From the IMG/VR virus record IMGVR_UViG_3300028569_002801, positions 1-64,000 of that record: a stretch of 64,000 nt of DNA; one strand, given 5' to 3'. Both the position numbers and the translations under genes were made by a program. Below the pieces are notes generated by a model that was given only the letters and a program-made list of their open reading frames with translations, did not search any database and was not told where the DNA came from. Shown here in pieces: positions 25,629-34,298 of this stretch; the first letter of the stretch is position 1; each line of letters opens with the position of its first letter. Source of the stretch: a virus.

Positions 25629-25664
25629 ATAATAACATGGGTCTTATTAAAAATGAAGTTTAAA

Positions 25665-26852
25665 TTATTGTGTTTTTTTACCGTAAGTTATTAAAGTTTT
25701 CATTTTTTCAATGTCACCAATAACTTTTCTTTCACTTTCGGATTCTAATTTCATCATAATCTTACTTGCCTTGTCGTTATCGCTACCAGTACTATCATTA
25801 ACAATCGGTTGTGGTGATTTGTTATATGCCTTTCTTTTTATCTTAGCAAGTAAATTATCTTTTCTAATTTTATTTCTTAACTTGTTATTTGGCGTCTCAA
25901 CTGCATTTGCCCATTCAGGGTTATTTCCCGTTCTTGAAGACCCAACAACGTTATCAGTTACCCAATCTTCGTTAGGATGAATTCCATCATAATCAATATT
26001 TTCTAAAGACGCTGCGGTAAAATTGGTAATATACTCAGCCACATCATCTGAAGGTATATAAGCCATTTTTTTCATTTTAGCCAATTCACCATTACCTTTA
26101 GGGAAATGTTTTGGGTTCATGTTGTATTCACCTTTAGAACCATCCTTAAGATGGGCTTTCATTTTTTTAACAACACTATCAATATAGTCGTCGTTTTCTT
26201 TTTTAGATTTATCTTGATTAGCCTTAGTTAACTTTATTGGGTTTTTTGGTTTTGATTTAGTTTTTTTCTTTTCTTCTAAAACAATATTTTCAATGATATC
26301 AATAATCTCATTCTCACTAAAAACAAACTTTCTATCTGTACCATCTAATGTTAATTCATACATTTCTTTTCTTAACATTTTAAAGTCTTCTCTATCAATT
26401 CTTCCGTTTTTGTTTTTGTCTATTCTTTTTTGGTTACCGTAAAGTCTTTCATCTATTTCACCATCATTATGTTTTCTATTTGAATGTTGTGACATTCTTC
26501 TTTTAATAAATCCAGGCTTGGTAGGGTAGTCATCATCTGAAGATGATATTTCCTCTTCGTCATCACCTCTAAGTAACTTTTCAATCTCTTCAGGACCCAT
26601 TCTTTTAGGTAGTCTTTTTTTACCAAGTCTTGGGTGTCCGTCATCCATACCTCCTAATTCTTGAATGTCTCCTTCATACATACTTCCACATTCCATACAT
26701 TCCCCTTCATACATTTCTTTAGAACCACATTCTGAGCATATTTCTTTTTTCATGTTATTAGTTTCAAAAATTTTATTCTTAACGTTTTTAATTCTTCCTG
26801 AAATCTCTTCAGAAAGAACCTTGTTGACTATATTTGCGATTTCTTTATTCAT
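25665..26852 (-). CDS. hypothetical protein with Zn ribbon and EF-hand-like loop
   Basis: CSECG...CMECG; DKNKNGRIDREDF; N-terminal IVNKVLSEE. Confidence 0.75.
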   Translation of the reverse strand: MNKEIANIVNKVLSEEISGRIKNVKNKIFETNNMKKEICSECGSKEMYEGECMECGSMYEGDIQELGGMDDGHPRLGKKRLPKRMGPEEIEKLLRGDDEEEISSSDDDYPTKPGFIKRRMSQHSNRKHNDGEIDERLYGNQKRIDKNKNGRIDREDFKMLRKEMYELTLDGTDRKFVFSENEIIDIIENIVLEEKKKTKSKPKNPIKLTKANQDKSKKENDDYIDSVVKKMKAHLKDGSKGEYNMNPKHFPKGNGELAKMKKMAYIPSDDVAEYITNFTAASLENIDYDGIHPNEDWVTDNVVGSSRTGNNPEWANAVETPNNKLRNKIRKDNLLAKIKRKAYNKSPQPIVNDSTGSDNDKASKIMMKLESESERKVIGDIEKMKTLITYGKKTQ

Positions 26853-26872
26853 ATTTATAAATATCTAATATT

Positions 26873-27373
26873 TTATAAAGTACCATCTATTTTATTTAAT
26901 ATGATATTTTTTATTTCATCAACACTTAATCCTGTTTTTAAAGATACATTATATATCGCTTCATTCATTGGTGATGATTTTCTTGTTCTGACAGGTTTAT
27001 CTTTACTGTTACCCTGACTACAATAGGGAAAAGTTTTACATTTTGGGTTAATATCTACAAACGAACCTCCTTTAAATTGGGGTTTCTTCCAAGATCGTCC
27101 CCTTCCTTTTAGGGTGTTCCCATTCATTCCTATATTTTCAAAGCTATTTGCATCGTAGGCACCAACGGATCCACTACCTGTTGCTTCTGTAAATTCTCCT
27201 TCGATAGCTTCACCTTTTTTGTATTCTGACTTCGCCTCATCGTCTTCTGACCACATACTAAATGCCGGTGCCGAATAACCACCACCAGTTCCTGTCGCTT
27301 CCTTAGTTTCTTTAGTGTTTTTTATTTTTTTTAACCCTTCTCCGATTAAAAAATCTAATAGTTCTTTTCTCAT
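26873..27373 (-). CDS. hypothetical protein
   Basis: Two EAT-G motifs, KCKTFPYC. Confidence 0.7.
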   Translation of the reverse strand: MRKELLDFLIGEGLKKIKNTKETKEATGTGGGYSAPAFSMWSEDDEAKSEYKKGEAIEGEFTEATGSGSVGAYDANSFENIGMNGNTLKGRGRSWKKPQFKGGSFVDINPKCKTFPYCSQGNSKDKPVRTRKSSPMNEAIYNVSLKTGLSVDEIKNIILNKIDGTL

Positions 27374-27618
27374 TTTTTATTTTTTAAGGTTGTTTGCCAT
27401 TGATTTTTTTTACTCCACATTAAATAGTAAAATTCTGACATCATGTGTACAATAATATCATTAATGTCCCCTCTTAACGTCCCTTTTTTTAACTCTGATT
27501 TTATTGTGTCAATCATGTTTTTTTCAAACTGTTTAAGTGTTGTTGCAGATAAGAAATCTTTAATCTCTTTTCTAACCATAGTTTCGATTTCTTTCTTGTC
27601 TGCCGGTGATAGTGCCAT
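27370..27618 (-). CDS. hypothetical protein
   Basis: 82-aa ORF, coupled overlaps. Confidence 0.7.
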   Translation of the reverse strand: MALSPADKKEIETMVRKEIKDFLSATTLKQFEKNMIDTIKSELKKGTLRGDINDIIVHMMSEFYYLMWSKKNQWQTTLKNKK

Positions 27619-28040
27619 TACTTAAAAACAATTATGTATGTTAATGCTCCAACTATTGCTCCTGATACGATTTCAATTATTGTGTTTTTAGTTTTAATTT
27701 TTTTAATGTCTTTTCTTAAATTTTTATTATCATCTTCAAGTAAAGTAACCTTTTCTTCGGTATCTTTAATAATAACTTGATTTGTACTGTCTTTTTGTTC
27801 TAAAAACTTAATAACCCCTTCTTCTTTAACCACTTTATTTTCAAGTTGTTTAATTTCTTTTTTATCTAAGTCGGATTGTTTTTTTAATCTATCAAGATCA
27901 TTTAAATCCAATAAAATTTGTTTACCAACATTTACAGGAAAACAAATTTTTGTGGTGTCTTCTTTCTGTGGTTTTGTTTGAGTTAAACCAACAAATGAAA
28001 ACATTAAAAACGTTATTAAAATAATTTTTTTCATAATCAA
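27618..28040 (-). CDS. exported coiled-coil membrane protein (spanin-like candidate)
   Basis: Signal peptide, coiled coil, C-terminal TM. Confidence 0.55.
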   Translation of the reverse strand: MIMKKIILITFLMFSFVGLTQTKPQKEDTTKICFPVNVGKQILLDLNDLDRLKKQSDLDKKEIKQLENKVVKEEGVIKFLEQKDSTNQVIIKDTEEKVTLLEDDNKNLRKDIKKIKTKNTIIEIVSGAIVGALTYIIVFK

Positions 28041-28390
28041 TATTTATATCTTTGTCTAAATGAACTATCAATTTCTTTTTTATCCATTCCTTTTATTTCT
28101 TCTTTCTTTTGTTCAAAGAAATTATTAACTGTAGATTTTTCAATCTTTATTTTTGAGATATTCTCATCAATTTTTTTTATATCTTTTTTATATGATACAA
28201 TCGAATCATTTAACTGTAATTGTAATTGTTTCATTTTATTAATATTCTGATTCAATTGCTCTAATTTGTATTTTAACAGTTCTGACTTATCAGGTGCCGG
28301 TGTAAATGTCCTTACTAATAAAAAAACCAATAACAACCCAAGAACTACTTGAATTATCTCTTTATAATATATTTTTATAAACTCTTTCAT
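28037..28390 (-). CDS. N-anchored coiled-coil membrane protein (i-spanin-like candidate)
   Basis: One N-terminal TM then coiled coil. Confidence 0.55.
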   Translation of the reverse strand: MKEFIKIYYKEIIQVVLGLLLVFLLVRTFTPAPDKSELLKYKLEQLNQNINKMKQLQLQLNDSIVSYKKDIKKIDENISKIKIEKSTVNNFFEQKKEEIKGMDKKEIDSSFRQRYKY

Positions 28391-28929
28391 TACATTTCAG
28401 TTTTTTGTGATGTCTTTTTTCGACCTGATATTACTTTTGCCCATTTAGCTTTAAACTTATCGTAAAACCCAGTTAATTTTCCAATAAGTTCTCCTAGATT
28501 TTCATCTAATTTAATCATATCTCCGTTGATGTATACTCCATTATTCTCACCAATAGAGAAGAAGAACTCAATATCAAAGTCAATAACTTTACCACTCCAT
28601 TGAACTTCGTTTTGGTACATATTTAATACCCCAAAATCTGATAAGTCGGAAACATCTTCAACAAATTCGTCCATAGTTTCTTGAAATGCCGATTTTTCTT
28701 CAGTTGTTAATTCTAAATCACGTTTTTCTTTACCATGTAACGTTAATAACCCACCAGAGATTCTATAAGTCTTACTTTTATCTCGTTTAACGGGTTCATC
28801 ACTCTGAGCAATTTCGTCATCCTCAATATTGTTTTCAATACTTTTTGCTAAGTTAACTGCCTCAGGTTGTTCCATTAACATCCTTGATTTTTTTAATAGC
28901 GATTTTAATTCATCATATTCATTAATCAT
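28390..28929 (-). CDS. hypothetical protein
   Basis: 179-aa ORF. Confidence 0.75.
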   Translation of the reverse strand: MINEYDELKSLLKKSRMLMEQPEAVNLAKSIENNIEDDEIAQSDEPVKRDKSKTYRISGGLLTLHGKEKRDLELTTEEKSAFQETMDEFVEDVSDLSDFGVLNMYQNEVQWSGKVIDFDIEFFFSIGENNGVYINGDMIKLDENLGELIGKLTGFYDKFKAKWAKVISGRKKTSQKTEM

Positions 28930-29518
28930 GTTCTAAAAGTTCTTTAAAATGTTTAAAATTAAAAGAGGGGTTTACGTCTTTATAAATGAAATCAAAATTA
29001 CTTTTAGAAACCACACCTTTATAAAATTCAACACCATCCATTTTAACGTTATGTCCTAGACACTCATTTGGTATTTTAAACTTTATACAAATATCAATGA
29101 CTAACTTTGATAAGGTTTTCATTTGATCTTCGCTGTATGGTTCCCAAAAAAAATAGTCTCTCCATTTTTTTTCGTATACCTCTTTTTTATAAATATCACC
29201 TATCCAGTTTACATACGTATTATCTAATGGATTTTTTTTTAACCACCCATTATTTTCAATGGCGATTACTATTGAATTTTTATCAATATTCTCATCATTC
29301 ATAAAATCAGAATACTTTTCAGGTTCTAATATTCTATATATATCCCCGTCTTTTGTGATTAGGTAGTTTGGTAAAAATGGGTTCTCTTTATTGTACCGAT
29401 ACCTTAAAGAGTTTATATAATTTTTATAGTCTCTTTTAGTGTCGGTTAAAATAATTTGTTTTTTTTTATTATTAACCCCTTTTTCTTTAAATTCTGCTAA
29501 TTCGTAAAGATTTCCCAT
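28922..29518 (-). CDS. N-acetylmuramoyl-L-alanine amidase (Amidase_2)-like protein, Zn ligands altered
   Basis: QIILTDT, NYLITKDGDIY, NSIVIAIEN, YSEDQMKTL..LV..I..KFKIP, GHN, DVNPSFNF. Confidence 0.65.
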   Translation of the reverse strand: MGNLYELAEFKEKGVNNKKKQIILTDTKRDYKNYINSLRYRYNKENPFLPNYLITKDGDIYRILEPEKYSDFMNDENIDKNSIVIAIENNGWLKKNPLDNTYVNWIGDIYKKEVYEKKWRDYFFWEPYSEDQMKTLSKLVIDICIKFKIPNECLGHNVKMDGVEFYKGVVSKSNFDFIYKDVNPSFNFKHFKELLEHD

Positions 29519-30677
29519 ATCCGTCTCTATTAAGGTATGATAATTTTTTAGTTTGTGGTGTCTTAATCGGATTCGGTTCGTTACTTACCATCTTATCTTC
29601 TTTTTCAACTATACCATCTATGTTATCGTTTTTTTTTATACTTAATAGTTCCTCTAATTTTTTTAACTCTTCTTCTGTAGGAGTTATTGGTTCTTCGTTA
29701 TTGTTTTCAGATGTTTTATAATTCTCATCTAAAACCTTTTCTAACTTTTTAAGGAATTCTTCTGTTGGTGATATTTTTTTTAATTTTTTAACTCTTTCCA
29801 ACATCCTTTTAACTTGATCGGTACTTGGTCGGAACCTAGTCGGTACTTGGGGGGTAACTTGGGGGGTAACATCTTCCTTTCGTCTTGATTTAAACGCTTG
29901 ATTTGTTGCAATAACTAACGTAATGGCTAATGGATCAAATACAAATATCAAAATTAAAATAAAAAGATTTGCAGTTCTTTTAATATCCCAATCAAGTAAT
30001 TCACTTACATATTTTAATGCTCCAAGTTCGCTTCCTGATATTTCTTCTGATTCCATATTTAAAATATCAACATCAAGTTTTGTAATACTATCATTCATAT
30101 TATCTATTCTTTTAGCTATAGTGTCTCTTCTTACTTGTGCTTGTGATAATTGTATTTCAAATGACTTTCTATTTGCATTATTTGCTCTAGTTATTATTTG
30201 TCCTGTCCTACCATCTACAGACTGTGTTGTAGTGTTATTAGATAACCCATCTCTTAATTTGGTGATGTCTCCGTCTAATGTAGTTTTTTCTTTGGTTAGT
30301 TCATCTTTAACTTCTTCAAACCTTTTCTTTTTTACCTCAACATTTTTGACTTGTTTTTCGTTAATTTCAAGTTTTGCAATGTTCCCTTGAAACCCTGTAC
30401 TTAATAGTCCATATATTCCAAGTGACGTTATTAATGATAATGTTACAAGAGCAATTGTAAGGTATATTTTTAATACCCCGTACGTTTCTTTCCATTTATC
30501 GTGTAGATAAGTGGCTATAGCTATTTTTGATATCTCAAGAAACGAACCCATAATAATTACAGGTAATGCTACTCCAACAAAAACAATGGATAAACCAACA
30601 ACACTATAATACGCGGCGGTTCCTGATAACCCTAAAGCGCAAAATAATAAAAACCAAGGCAAAAATTTCTCTTTCAT
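29487..30677 (-). CDS. multi-TM coiled-coil membrane protein
   Basis: Three N-terminal TMs, coiled coil, ILIFVFDPLAI TM. Confidence 0.8.
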   Translation of the reverse strand: MKEKFLPWFLLFCALGLSGTAAYYSVVGLSIVFVGVALPVIIMGSFLEISKIAIATYLHDKWKETYGVLKIYLTIALVTLSLITSLGIYGLLSTGFQGNIAKLEINEKQVKNVEVKKKRFEEVKDELTKEKTTLDGDITKLRDGLSNNTTTQSVDGRTGQIITRANNANRKSFEIQLSQAQVRRDTIAKRIDNMNDSITKLDVDILNMESEEISGSELGALKYVSELLDWDIKRTANLFILILIFVFDPLAITLVIATNQAFKSRRKEDVTPQVTPQVPTRFRPSTDQVKRMLERVKKLKKISPTEEFLKKLEKVLDENYKTSENNNEEPITPTEEELKKLEELLSIKKNDNIDGIVEKEDKMVSNEPNPIKTPQTKKLSYLNRDGYGKSLRISRI

Positions 30678-30724
30678 ATTATTAAACTATAATATATAAA
30701 TACTTATAAATAAAGATTAACGTT

Positions 30725-31180
30725 ATGTCATTACTTAGAGAGTCAATAAGAAAGCACTTATTAGTTGAAAAGACTATTGCACAAATTATTTCAACCATAG
30801 AGGTTTCATTCAATCTTGAGATTGATCGTGGTGTTCACGCCTTTAATAGAAAACAAAGAAAAGATTTAGAAGGTAAGGGATTTGAGTTAACCGGTAAACA
30901 CAGTTATGAATATAACCAAAGAGAAATTAGTAACCCTGAAATAAAAGAAGTTATTAATTTAGCAAAAAAAGAAATTGCTGAAAAAATTGTATCAAGAGAA
31001 ATTAACAATGATATTCCGTTTATAATAAAGTCTTTGAAATGGGAAATGGCTCTCACAATATATCCTATGTTTCAGGGTGGAACATATTGGATTTTAAACG
31101 TCGGTACCGTGTTTAGGGAGTCTTTAGTAAATCCTTTTAGGGTTGGTGAATATCAACTTGTAATTTGGGTTGAAAAATAA
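30725..31180 (+). CDS. hypothetical protein
   Basis: 151-aa ORF, MSLLRESIRKHLLVE N-terminus. Confidence 0.7.
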   Translation: MSLLRESIRKHLLVEKTIAQIISTIEVSFNLEIDRGVHAFNRKQRKDLEGKGFELTGKHSYEYNQREISNPEIKEVINLAKKEIAEKIVSREINNDIPFIIKSLKWEMALTIYPMFQGGTYWILNVGTVFRESLVNPFRVGEYQLVIWVEK

Positions 31181-31324
31181 AACCCCCACTGGTACCAATG
31201 GGGGAGTGTAGTTTCATCATACCATATAGATAAGATTGAGGATTTTCACCTTGAGAACCTCGTGTCTCATTCCGCCGAGTTGTGTGGGTATTCTCGGTTC
31301 AACCCATTCGTTAATCAGATTAAC
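31179..31324 (-). ncRNA. small RNA with tandem pseudoknots
   Basis: TTTG-N20-TATCTTTG promoter (-7 at 31329-31336), no ORF, two H-type pseudoknots, terminator CCCCCATTGG-TA-CCAGTGGGGG plus T tract. Confidence 0.65.
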
Positions 31325-31367
31325 AATACAAAGATATGTTCTTCATTTCAATCTGCCAAATTTTTTA

Positions 31368-32183
31368 TCATAAATATTCAAATAAATCTGAACATTCATT
31401 TCTAAGCTTACGAAGTGCCTTTTCTTTAATCTGTCGAACACGTTCTTTTGTTAAGGAAAAGTCAGATCCGATATCTTCTAATGTTCGTGGGGTTCCTGTT
31501 ATTCCGTAGTAATCCTCTACTATCGCTCTTTCTCTATCATCTAACATAGACATGATTTTTATCATCTTTCCTTTTAGTGCGTCTTTGTTGGAGAAAACCT
31601 CATCTGGCGATTCTGCATTATCGTTTTTTATCACATCAACTAACGTATCTCCGTCCTCATTAATATGCATATCTAAATCAATGATTTTAGGTAACGTCGC
31701 AAACTTATCGGATAAATCCTTATTAGTTTTTTCATTCTCCTTTTTTTCTTTATACATATCCTGAACAACATTGACAGGTAATCTAATTGTTCTTGAATTC
31801 TCATTTAAAGACTGCAAAATAGATTGTTTAATCCACCAAACAGCGTATGAAATAAATCGGTTATTCTTAGTCCAATCAAAGTTTTTAATTGCTTTCATTA
31901 ACCCAAAGTTACCTTCAGCAATTAAATCTGCCAAGTCTATTCCTTGATTTTGGTATTGTTTTGCCACGGTGATGACAAATCTTAAATTACCCTCAAGTAA
32001 TTCTTTATAAATCTTTTCACGTTCATTTTCACTACAATTATCAGACATAATTCTTTGTGATAACACCCTTTCTCTTTCAGGTGTCATAACTTTAAATTTT
32101 CTAATGTCTTTTAAGTAGATTTGAATCTCGTCTTGATTTAACGGGTTTGTTGATTTAGTGTCATCCATTTTTTCTCTTGCCAT
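31368..32183 (-). CDS. RNA polymerase sigma-70 family factor (RpoD/SigA-like)
   Basis: YLKDI (1.2), NLRFVITVAKQY, DLIAEGNFGLMKAI..FD, RFISYAVWWIKQSI, TLEDIG...LTKERVRQIKEKALRKLR. Confidence 0.95.
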   Translation of the reverse strand: MAREKMDDTKSTNPLNQDEIQIYLKDIRKFKVMTPERERVLSQRIMSDNCSENEREKIYKELLEGNLRFVITVAKQYQNQGIDLADLIAEGNFGLMKAIKNFDWTKNNRFISYAVWWIKQSILQSLNENSRTIRLPVNVVQDMYKEKKENEKTNKDLSDKFATLPKIIDLDMHINEDGDTLVDVIKNDNAESPDEVFSNKDALKGKMIKIMSMLDDRERAIVEDYYGITGTPRTLEDIGSDFSLTKERVRQIKEKALRKLRNECSDLFEYL

Positions 32184-32802
32184 AATTTTCTAAAATTTCT
32201 TTTTCTTTCTCTGTTAGTGTATCTATTCCTTCCTCTGATATTTTGTCTAATATGTCGTCCACTGATGGTTCAACAATTTCGACAGGTGTTTCTGTATTAA
32301 ACTGTGATTCGGGATCAAAGATAGGTAAAAATATGTCAAATCTCATATTTTTAAAATCTTTTTTTCTTTCTTCTTTTAAATCATCCACTTTAAAACCACC
32401 TAATTTTGGTTCTTCTCTTTTTAAATCTCCGTCTATGTTTAAAAAATCCTTTTTAAGTTTTTTTGGCATTTTTATATCAAAATTCTTACCAACTTCCAAT
32501 AAAAAATATTGATCAGTAATTTGATTAAATGCCATGTCCATATATTCTTTTAAATCTAAAAACGTTTCATTACTTCTAAAATGAAACACTATACCGTACT
32601 CACCATATGTGAATTTTAAAAATGGTGAACTAACAACCGTTAATAACTGACCTGACAATTCCTGTGTTATCGCTTCAGACTCTTCAAAATCACCAAATAT
32701 GAATAACATATATGACGGATCTTTCTTTATTGTTTTTTTTCTTATCATTTTACTTTTTATATACAAAACAAAGTTATAAATTTTTTCTCCGATTCCAAAC
32801 AT
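32161..32802 (-). CDS. hypothetical protein with C-terminal DUF6576-like tail
   Basis: VDDILDKISEEGIDTLTEKEKEILE. Confidence 0.65.
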   Translation of the reverse strand: MFGIGEKIYNFVLYIKSKMIRKKTIKKDPSYMLFIFGDFEESEAITQELSGQLLTVVSSPFLKFTYGEYGIVFHFRSNETFLDLKEYMDMAFNQITDQYFLLEVGKNFDIKMPKKLKKDFLNIDGDLKREEPKLGGFKVDDLKEERKKDFKNMRFDIFLPIFDPESQFNTETPVEIVEPSVDDILDKISEEGIDTLTEKEKEILENYGKRKNG

Positions 32803-32819
32803 CTTTATTAATAAATATT

Positions 32820-33719
32820 TTATTTAGATGTTTTATTATTCTTTCTCTTTAATAATGCGTCTTTTTTAGATAATAAAAATTTACTTTTTGGGTTTGGGGT
32901 TTCAAAACTGTAAGGTGTTAAATTTTCTACTCTTCTATTAGATAAATTAACGTATTCTTCATTTAAGTCAATTCCAACGTAATTTCTATTATTTAGTTTT
33001 GCCATCTTCAATGTCGTTCCACTACCACACATTGGATCTAAAACTAAATCTCCTTCTTCAGACCAAGATAGTATGTGATCTTCAGCCAAAGACTCAGGAA
33101 ATATTGCTGGATGTTGGAATGCGATATCATCTTTCGATGAAAAACCTTTACCGTTATTAATGTACCAAACATTATATCTAGTTCCAAACTCCGATACCAC
33201 AAACTTATCCACTTTTTTAAGATTTCCATCTTTTTCTCTTTTAGATGGTTCCCCAAAGTTACTGTGTCCTGCCCATCTATTTGGCTTATCTTTAAGTAGA
33301 TTTACTGTTTTAGGAGTACCTTTTGAGAATATAAACATATATTCAAATACTTGTGAGTATCTACCTGTTTCGGGGAATGGTGCTCCGTTTTTATGATAAA
33401 TCATAGTATCATACAAAGTAAAACCAATCTCCATAAATTTAAGTGCTTGTTTGAATGAGCTACCTGTTTCTCCTCCATTCTTTACCTGATCATTAACAAC
33501 CCAAACAACCACACTACCCTTCTTAGTGACACGGTATAGTTCTTTAGCCATTTCAACGAACGGAAAACTAAACCCATCCTCATATACTACCTCATCTTTA
33601 ATCTTACCGTTATAGGTTCTAAGATTATCATATGGCGGTGATGTTACCGTCAAATCAAAGGTGTTATCTTCATAACTTTGTAACACCTCAATAGCATCAC
33701 CTAATATTACTTCATTCAT
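32820..33719 (-). CDS. DNA methyltransferase, N6A/N4C beta class
   Basis: TSPPY, HPAIFPE, DPMCGSGTT. Confidence 0.93.
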   Translation of the reverse strand: MNEVILGDAIEVLQSYEDNTFDLTVTSPPYDNLRTYNGKIKDEVVYEDGFSFPFVEMAKELYRVTKKGSVVVWVVNDQVKNGGETGSSFKQALKFMEIGFTLYDTMIYHKNGAPFPETGRYSQVFEYMFIFSKGTPKTVNLLKDKPNRWAGHSNFGEPSKREKDGNLKKVDKFVVSEFGTRYNVWYINNGKGFSSKDDIAFQHPAIFPESLAEDHILSWSEEGDLVLDPMCGSGTTLKMAKLNNRNYVGIDLNEEYVNLSNRRVENLTPYSFETPNPKSKFLLSKKDALLKRKNNKTSK

Positions 33720-33724
33720 ATTTT

Positions 33725-34258
33725 TTATAAATATTGTTTATTTGATTCGTACCAATCTTCTCTAATTTTAGATACGGGTACTTTTTGTTTTGTTTTATCG
33801 CAAATTAATTCAGTAATACCAACAGACTCAAGTTTTTTATCCCAATTAATACACGATTCAATATCATCATAATTAAAACTCCATTCGTGTTTAAAAACTT
33901 TACTATTATTTAAACTTTTTTCTATAGGTAGTAGTACATTCAAAGCCTTCAATGTTTTTTTAAAATCTTCAACGTTATTCCATTTATTATGTAACCCTCT
34001 TTTGTACATATATAAAACAATATTACTAATACCAATTAAATGATCCTCGGTTTCTTTATTCATATTTTCAATAGAATAAGGTAGTATTGTTTTAACTACC
34101 TTAACATTGTTATCAAATATTATAGGATTTCTCAACATGGTTGCACATGTTTGTAATTTTTTAGTATCCCCTTCGAAATCAACTGAAAGTGTATCCATTA
34201 CAGACATAAGTCTTTTAACACACTGATATCTATTTTCCCACTCTTCTTTTGTTCTCAT
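33725..34258 (-). CDS. hypothetical protein (weak HNH-like pattern)
   Basis: EDHLIG...LPIEKSLNN; ATG 34258 lies 4 nt below TATATTTG. Confidence 0.6.
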   Translation of the reverse strand: MRTKEEWENRYQCVKRLMSVMDTLSVDFEGDTKKLQTCATMLRNPIIFDNNVKVVKTILPYSIENMNKETEDHLIGISNIVLYMYKRGLHNKWNNVEDFKKTLKALNVLLPIEKSLNNSKVFKHEWSFNYDDIESCINWDKKLESVGITELICDKTKQKVPVSKIREDWYESNKQYL

Positions 34259-34298
34259 ATTACAAATATACAAACAATATTTAATATCGTTTCACTTT

